A stretch of 64,000 bases of DNA, taken from positions 96,001-160,000 of the forward strand of contig JAMOPO010000052.1 of the NCBI GenBank assembly GCA_027064425.1. Reading direction: 5' to 3'. This DNA comes from Methanobacteriota archaeon. GTDB taxonomy: Archaea; JAADCQ01; Methanopyri; Methanopyrales; Methanopyraceae. Positions 56,193 to 64,000 of this stretch are shown here, one piece after another. The notes beneath the pieces are model-generated. The model was given only the letters and a program-made list of their open reading frames with translations, was not told where the DNA came from and did not search any database. Numbering within the stretch: position 1 is the stretch's first letter; every line of letters starts with the position of its first letter. The position numbers and the translations under genes were made by a program.

Positions 56193-56233
56193 AGTGAAAC
56201 CCCGGCCGGGGTCCGGAAACGGGGGCGGATCGC

Positions 56234-56713
56234 TTGACGAGGACGAAGAAGTGGCATTACTCGATTCCACCCGAGGAGCTGGACGAGGACCGCACCGCCA
56301 AGGCCTTCATCCGCGAGCTGAGGATCTCGCCCAAGCACGCCCGCGAGATCTGCCGGGCCATCCGCGGCAAGCCGCTCGACGAGGCCAAGGAGTTCCTGAA
56401 GCGCGTGATCCGGAAGGAGGAGGCGGTGCCCTTCAGGAAGCACAAAAAGAAGGTTCCGCACCGCCGGCAGATCCGGCCGGGATGGGACGCCGGTAGGTTC
56501 CCGCAGAAGGCCGCGCGCGAGATCCTACGGGTCCTGGAGCACGCGGAGGCCAACGCCGAGCAGAAGGGCCTGGACACGGACCGCCTCTACATAAAGCACA
56601 TAGCGGCGCACAAGGGCCGCGTGATCCGCGGCTGGATCCCGCGAGCCTTCGGGCGAGCGACCCCGTTCAACACGCCCACCACGCACATCGAGGTGATCCT
56701 GGAGGAGCGCTAG
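56234..56713 (+). CDS. rpl22: 50S ribosomal protein L22
   Basis: [25 protein letters not shown] and [11 protein letters not shown] motifs. Confidence 0.96.
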   Translation: MTRTKKWHYSIPPEELDEDRTAKAFIRELRISPKHAREICRAIRGKPLDEAKEFLKRVIRKEEAVPFRKHKKKVPHRRQIRPGWDAGRFPQKAAREILRVLEHAEANAEQKGLDTDRLYIKHIAAHKGRVIRGWIPRAFGRATPFNTPTTHIEVILEER

Positions 56714-56727
56714 GGGGAGCCCCCGCC

Positions 56728-57444
56728 ATGGTGATGTACGGTGAGAACGTCCCGGTGCACAAGAAGTTCGTGCAGTACGGCATGCTGAAGACCGAGCTGG
56801 ACGAGTACCTGGAGAAGGAGCTGGATCGCGCCGGTTACGGCGGGATGCGGCTCCAGCGCGTGCCGAACGCGACCAAGATCATCGCGTACGTCGAGCGGCC
56901 GGCCATCGCCATCGGTCGCCGCGGGCGCAACATCCGCCGCATCGAGGAGGAGGTGCAGGAGAAGTTCCCGCTCCTGGGCCGCGTCACGATCGAGGTCAAG
57001 GAGATCCCAGTACCGGAGCTCAACCCACGCGTCGTCGCCCGCCGGCTCGCGTCCGCGATCGAGCGCGGCGTCCACTTCCGTCGTGCGGCCTACGGCGCCC
57101 TGCGTCGCATCATGAACGCGGGTGCCAAGGGCGCGCTCATCAAGCTCTCGGGCAAGCTGATCGGCGCTCGGGCCCGGACGGAGAAGTTCATGGACGGCGT
57201 GGTCAAGTACTGCGGCGAGCCCGGTGACGAGTACATGATCGAGGGCTACGTCCAGGCGATCACCAAGCCGGGAGCCATTGGCGTTACCGTAAAGATCATG
57301 CCACCCGACGTGGAACTGCCGGACGAGATCGAGGTCAAGCCGCCGGAGGAGGTGGAGGACAAGCTGAAGGAGCTCGTCGGCGAAAAGGCCGAGGAGGAGA
57401 GCGAGGAGGAGAAGCCGGAGGAGTCCGAGGAGGGGGAGGAGTAG
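56728..57444 (+). CDS. rps3: 30S ribosomal protein S3
   Basis: RAGYGG, IGRRGRNIR, PELNP, HFRRAA and SGKLIGARAR motifs. Confidence 0.97.
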   Translation: MVMYGENVPVHKKFVQYGMLKTELDEYLEKELDRAGYGGMRLQRVPNATKIIAYVERPAIAIGRRGRNIRRIEEEVQEKFPLLGRVTIEVKEIPVPELNPRVVARRLASAIERGVHFRRAAYGALRRIMNAGAKGALIKLSGKLIGARARTEKFMDGVVKYCGEPGDEYMIEGYVQAITKPGAIGVTVKIMPPDVELPDEIEVKPPEEVEDKLKELVGEKAEEESEEEKPEESEEGEE

Positions 57445-57447
57445 CCC

Positions 57448-57681
57448 ATGGGCAAGTACAAGCTGCACTCGGACGACATCCGCGAGATGTCCCCGGAGGA
57501 GCGGCGCGAGAAGCTCAAGGAGCTTAAGGCGGAGCTGCTCAAGGAGATGACCTCCAAGTCCGTCGCCGGCGTCCCGGAGAATCCCGGGAGGGTAAGAGAA
57601 ATAAAGAAGAACATCGCCAGAATTCTCACGATAGAGCGCGAGGAGGAGCTTAAGAAAATCCGAGAGGCCGAAAAACGCTGA
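57448..57681 (+). CDS. rpl29: 50S ribosomal protein L29
   Basis: DIREMSPEER..KL.ELK.EL...ENPGRVREIKKNIARILT. Confidence 0.95.
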   Translation: MGKYKLHSDDIREMSPEERREKLKELKAELLKEMTSKSVAGVPENPGRVREIKKNIARILTIEREEELKKIREAEKR

Positions 57682-57699
57682 GGGGAAGGCCCCGGAAAG

Positions 57700-58020
57700 A
57701 TGCAGGACGAAGACGTCTGCCCCGTTTGCGGACTTCCGAAGGAGCTCTGTGTTTGTGAGGAGGTCTCTAAGGAGACCGTTGAGAAGATCAAGATCTACAC
57801 GGAGCAGGTCCGGCCCGGCAAGATCGTCACCATCATCGAGGGCCTCGATGACACGGACGTTGACCTCCAGGAGCTCGCGAGCAAGTTGAAGAAGGAGTGC
57901 GCCTGCGGAGGCACCGCCAAGGAGGGCAAGATCATCCTACAGGGCGATCACCGGAACAAGGTCCGGGAGTACCTGATTAAGAAGGAAGGGTTCCCGGAAG
58001 ACACCATCGAGGTCTCCTAG
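57700..58020 (+). CDS. Translation factor SUI1/aIF1 homologue
   Basis: CPVCGLPKELCVCEE, GKIVTIIEGL, CACGGT and LQGDHR motifs. Confidence 0.93.
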   Translation: MQDEDVCPVCGLPKELCVCEEVSKETVEKIKIYTEQVRPGKIVTIIEGLDDTDVDLQELASKLKKECACGGTAKEGKIILQGDHRNKVREYLIKKEGFPEDTIEVS

Positions 58021-58745
58021 CCGGCACCGGCCCTGAGCCCGGCGATGAACACCCTCCTACCAGAGACCTCCCGCGGGAACGCCACCCCAACCTTCACCTT
58101 GAACCCCTCTTTCTCCAGGAACTTGCCCCGGATCCGGCACACGGTCAGCTGGTGACGCACCGAGTCTTCGGCCCGCTTCAGCTCGCGCTTAAGCCACTCG
58201 TACTCGCTTTCTTCTTTCACGCCGGGCCGCACCCCTAGTTCGTCTATTATCACCCTAGGGCTCGCCCGCCCGTAGCAGCACGGGACCACCAGTGCGACGC
58301 GCGCCCCGAGCTCCCGGGCCAGCTCCAGCATCCGGTCCGTTAGCGTGCCGCAGAGGTGCAGTCCGACCACGACGTCCGCCCGTTTCACGCTGATCCCGAC
58401 GCGGCCCGAGACCACCTCGTGCAGGTCCCACGTCTCGAACCTCAGGTTGCTCACACCCACGGACTCCAGGTACTCCTCCAGGACCGGCCACGACTTGAAC
58501 TCGCGGACGTCGAACCCCAGCACCTCGCACGAGGGACACGACAGGGCCATCGCGGCGGTCAGCGCCCCGCGACCGCACCCGGCGTCCACGATCACGTCTC
58601 CCGGCCTGACCCACGTGCACAGGAGCTCCAGCAGCCTCCCCACCTGCTCCCGCTTACGATGGGCGTCCCGGGCCGAGCTGGGGAACGCCTCTCGAGGCAG
58701 GTACAGCCGCTCCTCCCCGTGGGGGCCACGATACTTGACCTCCAC
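58017..58745 (-). CDS. Class I SAM-dependent methyltransferase
   Basis: IVDAGCGRGAL, GFD, VGLHLCGTLTD and VPCCY motifs. Confidence 0.88.
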   Translation of the reverse strand: MEVKYRGPHGEERLYLPREAFPSSARDAHRKREQVGRLLELLCTWVRPGDVIVDAGCGRGALTAAMALSCPSCEVLGFDVREFKSWPVLEEYLESVGVSNLRFETWDLHEVVSGRVGISVKRADVVVGLHLCGTLTDRMLELARELGARVALVVPCCYGRASPRVIIDELGVRPGVKEESEYEWLKRELKRAEDSVRHQLTVCRIRGKFLEKEGFKVKVGVAFPREVSGRRVFIAGLRAGAG

Positions 58746-58989
58746 GGCTCACCCCCCGAGGCCCGAGGACCTCCTTGGCAAAAAATTCAGGGTCGTAAGG
58801 GCCCGCTCCCGGCCTCACTACGGCACCCGCGGCAGGATCCTTGGCTTCACCAGGAACTGCCTGGTCTACGGCGACCGCCGGGACCAGAAGCTCCTACCGC
58901 TCGACGGAGTCATCCTCGAGGTGGAAACCGAGGAGGGGAGGATCAGGGTGGAGGGGGACCAGCTACTCCGACTCCTTCGCGATCCTTAG
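58735..58989 (+). CDS. Divergent RNase P protein Rpp29/POP4-like
   Basis: EDLLGKKFRVVRA..P.YGTRGRILGFTRNCLV...KLLP.DGVILEVETEEGRIRVEGDQL parallels Rpp29 (ELIGL.V.V..S.NP..GI.G.VIDET.NTL...P...FEF...V.G..L); gggggcc SD; position after SUI1. Confidence 0.6.
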   Translation: MTSTAHPPRPEDLLGKKFRVVRARSRPHYGTRGRILGFTRNCLVYGDRRDQKLLPLDGVILEVETEEGRIRVEGDQLLRLLRDP

Positions 58990-59721
58990 CAGCTCAATGG
59001 GTACTGGCACGACCAGCGTGACGTTCTCCTCCGCGGACACCTCCGAGAGCGTCTGAAGCAGCCGCAGCAGCCCCGGATCCACGCCCAGCTTCTCCGCCGC
59101 CTCCTTCAGGTCCTTAGCGGCCTGGCGCTCGGCCCGGGCCTGGATGATCCTCGCCCGCCGGTCCCGCTCGGCCTCCGCCTGCCGCGCCATCGCCCGCCGC
59201 ATCTCCTCCGGGAGGACGACGTCCCGGATCTCCACGTCCACGATCCTAACGCCCCAGTCCCTCGTCTTCTCGTCGATGATCTCCTTGATCCGCTCGCTCA
59301 GCTCCTCCCGCTTGGCCAGCACGTCGTCCAGCTCCACCTCGCCCAGGACCGATCGAAGGGTCGTCTGGGCCAGGTTGAACACCGCCCCCTCGTAGTCCCC
59401 CACGTTGAGCACCGCGCGGGCCGGGTCGACCACGCGGTAGTAGATCACGGCGTCCACCTTGATCGGCACGTTGTCCCTCGTGATCACCTCCTGCGGCGGG
59501 ATCTCCCGGGTGATGACCCGCAGGTCCACCTTAACCAGCCGGTCGATGACCGGGATGATCAGGTTCAGCCCGGGTGGTCGCGTGCCCACGTACCTGCCCA
59601 ACCGCAAGAGCACGCCGCGCTCGTACTCGTTCAACACCCTCACGGACATGGCCAGCAGGACCAGCGCCGCCCCGAGACCGACCGCCAGCCACTTCCACGG
59701 GATCGTCGCCCACGAGATCAT
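58963..59721 (-). CDS. Stomatin/SPFH (band 7) protein
   Basis: YERGVLLRLGR, VDLR, QEVITRDNV, AQTTLRSVLG and MARQAEAERDRRA motifs. Confidence 0.93.
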   Translation of the reverse strand: MISWATIPWKWLAVGLGAALVLLAMSVRVLNEYERGVLLRLGRYVGTRPPGLNLIIPVIDRLVKVDLRVITREIPPQEVITRDNVPIKVDAVIYYRVVDPARAVLNVGDYEGAVFNLAQTTLRSVLGEVELDDVLAKREELSERIKEIIDEKTRDWGVRIVDVEIRDVVLPEEMRRAMARQAEAERDRRARIIQARAERQAAKDLKEAAEKLGVDPGLLRLLQTLSEVSAEENVTLVVPVPIELLRIAKESE

Positions 59722-60155
59722 CGCTCTTTAACCCCCTCCCGCGAGGGTTCCGCCGGCTCGACCTCGAGCCGGCTCCCCAGCACCCTTCTCACGACGACGC
59801 GGTCACCCTCGCCGAGATCCGCCTCGGACACGGCGTCCCAGACCTCGCCTCGCACCTCCACTCGGAGCGGATCCGAGGACACCACCACTCCCTCCTCACC
59901 GCGCAGCTGGCTCGCGTCCGCGGGGCCGCCCTCCGCCGACCCGGCCCGCCGGCGCCCGACCAGTCCCCAAACCTGCATCACCAAGATCAGCGCGCCAGGC
60001 GGCCCGGTGACCAGGAGGAGCTTGGGATCTCGGAGCCAGCTTCCCAGCCATAGGAGCCCGACTCCCACCGCGGAGACGACCCCGGTGTTGGCCAGGCAGT
60101 CCGCGGCGATCATGGTCCCACCCGAAAGCATGAGGACGTGCGGGAGCCAGTCCAC
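59718..60155 (-). CDS. Short NfeD (stomatin partner) protein
   Basis: TM segments then OB fold LRGEEGVV...VEVRGEVWDA...GDRVVV....LEV; adjacent to stomatin. Confidence 0.85.
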   Translation of the reverse strand: MDWLPHVLMLSGGTMIAADCLANTGVVSAVGVGLLWLGSWLRDPKLLLVTGPPGALILVMQVWGLVGRRRAGSAEGGPADASQLRGEEGVVVSSDPLRVEVRGEVWDAVSEADLGEGDRVVVRRVLGSRLEVEPAEPSREGVKER

Positions 60156-60212
60156 GGCCCGGACCCCGCTACCTCTATTTCCACTACGAGCGTGAACCGA
60201 GTGGGGAGCACC

Positions 60213-61523
60213 GTGGACGTCATCGTGGGTGCCGGTCCGGCGGGGCGGACCTGCGCGCTAGTGCTGGGCCGGGCGGGTAGAAAAGTCCTGCTAATTGACC
60301 GGAAGGGTAAGAAGGGGGTCGGTGGGAAGTGCCTCAACGAGGCGTGCATGGTGGTGGGCGCGCTGGTCGAGGTCGCGCGGTTGGTGGCCTGGTCCAGGCT
60401 GGGGATCCCCGGGGTTGAGCTGTCGGTGGACGTGGATTACAGGGAGCTGACGCGCGGGGTGAAAAAGACGCTCGCCAAGATCAGGTCCAAGCTGCTCAGG
60501 GAGGTGCGAGACGCCGGCGTCGAGGTGGTCAGGGGCGAGGTGGATCGGGTCGAGGAGGGTCCGGCGGTTCGGGTGAACGGTGAGCGGCTGGAGGCGGATC
60601 ACGTCCTCCTCGCGACCGGCTCCGTGCCCAAGGTCCCCGACGTGGACGGCGTGGAGCTGGACGACGTGGTGACCTACCGGGAGCTCTTGGACATCGACCT
60701 CCCGGGAGAGGCGTGCGTGGTCGGGGGCGGCCCGACGGCCCTGGAGCTAGCGTTCGTCTTCGCGGCGCTCGGGTCCGAGGTCACCCTGACCTACCGGTCG
60801 CAGCTGCTGCCGGGCTACCCGCGTGAGGTGGTCAAGGAGGCGGTCCGGGACCTGAAGTTGGTCGGCGTCGAGGTGGTGCGCGGGGGCGAGCTGAGGGAGA
60901 TCCGGGAGACGACCAACGGGCTGGAGTGCGAGTTCGAGTGCGGCTTCGTGGTGGCGGACGTCGTGCTGCTGGGCACGGGGCTGCGCCCGAACTCCGAGGT
61001 GGCGGCCAGGTCCGGGATCGAGGTGGGTGAGGATGGGGAGGTCGTGGTTGACGACCGGATGAGGACCTCCATGCCGGGGGTGTACGCGGCGGGCGACGTC
61101 ACCGGCCCTCCCTACCTGGCCCCGGTGGCGAGGTACGAGGGGCTGGTGGCGGCCCTGAACATGCTCGGGCGCGATGCGCGGCGCGAGCACCCCTCAATAC
61201 CTCGGGTCGTGAGACTCTTCCGCGACATCGGGCGCACGGAGGTTAAGGCGGCGTGGGAGGGGCGTCGCGAGGCTCCGGCCGGCGGCTCGGCCTTCTGGCT
61301 GTTCGCCCGCGGGTTTGAGGGGAAGCTGGTGGGGAGAAGGAGAGGCAAGACGTCCGAGCTGTTCACGGTGGGCCCGAACGCGTCGGAGTTCCTCCACTAC
61401 GCCGGCCTCGTGCTGGACGAGAACTCCGGCGGATCGGAGGTCATCGAGGTGCACCCGACGGCCGATCCCGTCATCCACCTGGTGAAGGAGCTCAGGCTGG
61501 AGGACCTAATGAACCGCTCTTAA
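60213..61523 (+). CDS. FAD-dependent pyridine nucleotide-disulfide oxidoreductase (Lpd-like)
   Basis: IVGAGPAG, GGKCLNEACM (CxxxxC), ATGS, GGG, T.MPGVYAAGD and C-terminal HPT motifs. Confidence 0.88.
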   Translation: MDVIVGAGPAGRTCALVLGRAGRKVLLIDRKGKKGVGGKCLNEACMVVGALVEVARLVAWSRLGIPGVELSVDVDYRELTRGVKKTLAKIRSKLLREVRDAGVEVVRGEVDRVEEGPAVRVNGERLEADHVLLATGSVPKVPDVDGVELDDVVTYRELLDIDLPGEACVVGGGPTALELAFVFAALGSEVTLTYRSQLLPGYPREVVKEAVRDLKLVGVEVVRGGELREIRETTNGLECEFECGFVVADVVLLGTGLRPNSEVAARSGIEVGEDGEVVVDDRMRTSMPGVYAAGDVTGPPYLAPVARYEGLVAALNMLGRDARREHPSIPRVVRLFRDIGRTEVKAAWEGRREAPAGGSAFWLFARGFEGKLVGRRRGKTSELFTVGPNASEFLHYAGLVLDENSGGSEVIEVHPTADPVIHLVKELRLEDLMNRS

Positions 61524-63178
61524 CCCTCCGGGAGCAGGTTCCTGGCCCTCTCCAGGTCCTCCTCGGTCACCTTCGGGAACACGGGCTCCGGCTCGGGTAT
61601 CGAGCCGGCGCGCACGTCCCGGAGCGCCTCCTCCCACTCCTGATCGTGAACCGAGCTCTCGTAACCCAGGCTCCGCCACAGCTTGTCCGCGCTCTCCGGT
61701 AGGAACGGGGCCAGCATCACGGCTAGCGCCTTCACGATCCTCGCGCAGCCCTTCAGGACGCGCCTGCACTCCTCCGGGTCCTCCTTCCGCAGGTTCCACG
61801 GCTCCCGCTCCTGGAAGTACTCGTTCCCGAAGCTGGACAGGTCCAGGACCGCGTACAGTGCCTCCCGGAACTTGAAGTCCTCCAGCAGCTCCGTCACCCG
61901 CTCATGGTGCTCCTCGATCTCCTCGACGACCTCCTCCTCCGCCTCCACGCCCGGAATCTCACCGTCCAGGAACCGGTGGATGAACGAGAGCGTGCGGTAC
62001 GCGAAGTTGCCCAGGTTGGCGATCAGCTCGTTGTTGATCTTGTCGCGGAACTCGTCCCAGGAGAAGTCCGCGTCCTTCGTCAGCGGGCTCATCGTGATCA
62101 GGTAGTACCGCAGGTAGTCCGCCGGGAACAGCTCCACGAAGTCTCGCACCCAGACGACCCAGCCCCGACTGGTGCTCATCTTCCGACCCTCGAGGGTCAG
62201 GTACTCACCCGCCACGACCGTGTGCGGCAGGTTCGCACCGACGCCCATCAGCATGGCCGGCCAGAACAGGACGTGGTGCACGATGATGTCCTTCCCGATG
62301 AAGTGGATGATCTTAGTGTCACCATCGAACCAGTACTCCCTCCAGTCCCGACCCTCCCGCTCGCAGTACTGCTTCGTGAACGTGACGTACCCGATCGGTG
62401 CGTCGAACCACACGTAAAACACCTTGTCCTCGTAGCCCTCGAGCGGGATGGGCACGCCCCAGTCGATGTCGCGAGTGATGTCCCAGTCTCGGAGCCCCTC
62501 CTTAATCCACTCCAGCGCGTAGTTCCGGACGTTCCTGGGCAGGTTCTCGTTGGACTCTATCCACTCCTTCAGGTCCTCCTCGAACTCGCTGAGCTTGAAG
62601 AACAGGTGCTTTACCCTCCGCACCTCCGGCTCGGAGTTACAGATCACGCACCGCGGGTCCTCGAGCTGCGTGGGCTCGAGGTGCCGCCCGCACGCCTCGC
62701 AGTGATCACCCCGCGCTCCCTCCTCACCGCAGTACGGGCACCGACCCTCCACGTACCGGTCCGGCAGGGGCCGCTCGCACTTCGGGCAGTACAGCTGCTC
62801 AACCTCACGCTCCTCGATGTACCCCTTCTCGTGCAACCGCTCGAAGAACCAGTGGGTCATCTTCACGTGCTCCTCGTTGAACTCCCGGCACGTGCACGAG
62901 AACTCGTCGAACTCAATGTTCAGCCGCTCCAGGTCCTCCTTGATCCTCTCGTGGTACTTGCGGACGATCTCCTCCGGCTCCTTGCCCTCGAGCTCGGCCT
63001 GCAGCGCGATCGGGACCCCGTGGTTATCCGTGCCGCCGATGTGGACCGCGTCCACGCCTCGCATCTTGAGGAACCGGGTGTACACGTCCGCGGGCAGGTA
63101 GGTGCTGCGCACGTGCCCGATGTGCAGTGGTCCGTTGGTGTAGGCGAGGGCCGTCGTCACCAGGACCCGCTCGCTCAC
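61520..63178 (-). CDS. metG: Methionyl-tRNA synthetase
   Basis: YTNGPLHIGH, Zn knuckles, YVWFDAPIGY, FIGKDI and KMSTSRG motifs. Confidence 0.97.
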   Translation of the reverse strand: MSERVLVTTALAYTNGPLHIGHVRSTYLPADVYTRFLKMRGVDAVHIGGTDNHGVPIALQAELEGKEPEEIVRKYHERIKEDLERLNIEFDEFSCTCREFNEEHVKMTHWFFERLHEKGYIEEREVEQLYCPKCERPLPDRYVEGRCPYCGEEGARGDHCEACGRHLEPTQLEDPRCVICNSEPEVRRVKHLFFKLSEFEEDLKEWIESNENLPRNVRNYALEWIKEGLRDWDITRDIDWGVPIPLEGYEDKVFYVWFDAPIGYVTFTKQYCEREGRDWREYWFDGDTKIIHFIGKDIIVHHVLFWPAMLMGVGANLPHTVVAGEYLTLEGRKMSTSRGWVVWVRDFVELFPADYLRYYLITMSPLTKDADFSWDEFRDKINNELIANLGNFAYRTLSFIHRFLDGEIPGVEAEEEVVEEIEEHHERVTELLEDFKFREALYAVLDLSSFGNEYFQEREPWNLRKEDPEECRRVLKGCARIVKALAVMLAPFLPESADKLWRSLGYESSVHDQEWEEALRDVRAGSIPEPEPVFPKVTEEDLERARNLLPEG

Positions 63179-63190
63179 CTCGCCTCCCCC

Positions 63191-63811
63191 CTACAGGACG
63201 TAGCCCCACTTCACTGGGGTGACGTTGGCCAGCGAGACCGGCTTCAAATCCTCCGCCTTCAGCACTCCCGTGATCGAGTAGGCCACCGGGTACTCGTCGT
63301 CCAGCGACGCCACCTCGAACTCGTAGATCGATCCCCGCTTCTCGGCCCGGAACACCGCCAGGATCGCCGGCGCCCGCTCCAGCCTCCTCGCCAGCCGCTC
63401 CGGGTCGACCCACGGGTTCCTGACCTGCACCTCCACGACGTACGCCTCCACCTGGTCGAGGAAAACCGCCGGCGCCCTGCCCAGCCCCTCCCGACGCAGC
63501 GTCCGGCTGATCAGCTGCCCCAGCTCCCACTTGGACATGGGCCTCGGAAGCCGCACGATTATGCACGCCTCCACGGACGAGGGGGCCGTCTTAACGCCGC
63601 CCACCCTCACGACGTACGGGACCCGGAGCAGCGCTCGATGGACGTCCTTCGGCTTGAGCCCCGGCCTCAGGTTGCAGATGACGACGTGGTAGCACGCCAC
63701 CTGGGCCCCCTTGGACGAGATGGCCCACTGGTACGCCAGGATCCCCGCCACCGAGCCCGTCAGGGCGGCCGCCAAAACGACGATCGCCACCCTGCCCGCC
63801 CGCACGCTCAC
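63191..63811 (-). CDS. Hypothetical membrane-anchored protein
   Basis: N-terminal TM (VAIVVLAAALTGSVAGILAY); GTGA overlap with the upstream small gene. Confidence 0.6.
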   Translation of the reverse strand: MSVRAGRVAIVVLAAALTGSVAGILAYQWAISSKGAQVACYHVVICNLRPGLKPKDVHRALLRVPYVVRVGGVKTAPSSVEACIIVRLPRPMSKWELGQLISRTLRREGLGRAPAVFLDQVEAYVVEVQVRNPWVDPERLARRLERAPAILAVFRAEKRGSIYEFEVASLDDEYPVAYSITGVLKAEDLKPVSLANVTPVKWGYVL

Positions 63812-63990
63812 AGCCCCCTGCTCACCGCCACGGTCATCAGTATCGACATCCCCGTCACCCAGGCGACGGAGTTCGGCGCCACCGGCTGCGCGAGGTAGCC
63901 CAGCACCCGGATCAGCGCCTGTACCAGCATCGGGAGCACCCCGACCACCGCGGCACCGACCAGCCACCGCTTACACCACCGCGGCCTCAC
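63808..63990 (-). CDS. Small two-TM hypothetical protein
   Basis: 60 aa with two hydrophobic segments; coupled to the downstream gene. Confidence 0.5.
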   Translation of the reverse strand: MRPRWCKRWLVGAAVVGVLPMLVQALIRVLGYLAQPVAPNSVAWVTGMSILMTVAVSRGL

Positions 63991-64000
63991 CGCCCAGACC

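Noticed and set aside
56177-56215. GATGACGA box-C-like motif upstream of rpl22
   Set aside because: No matching D'/C'/D set at guide spacing; it overlaps a TATA-like TTTAAG and is more likely BRE-TATA

Overview
A very GC-rich, densely coding archaeal chromosome segment from a hyperthermophilic methanogen, most consistent with Methanopyrus. Support: methanogenesis marker 2 and 3 genes, an MCR Gln-methyltransferase-type radical SAM, Fsr, TBP, acidic proteins, frequent GTG/TTG starts and fragmented operons. About 65 CDS are present, covering Leu/Ile/Trp/Tyr/purine/pterin/archaeosine biosynthesis, an fsr-regulator-small siroheme reductase cluster, the ftsZ-secE-spt5-L11-L1-L10 and L22-S3-L29-SUI1 blocks, tfrA, a helicase and metG. 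No tRNA, rRNA, CRISPR array or IS was seen. Signals the ORF track misses: five box C/D guide sRNAs (two with guides matching conserved 16S/23S sequences), two H/ACA-like K-turn RNAs, and two further structured intergenic RNAs, one a possible SD-sequestering pseudoknot ahead of the methanogenesis-marker operon. Also notable are four genes that appear to start at CTG, a FIST gene split by an extra G in a G-run, a catalytically dead site-2-protease homologue, a His-rich membrane-anchored small protein and a divergent Rpp29-like ORF. All family calls come from recognising motifs by eye; no database search was run.
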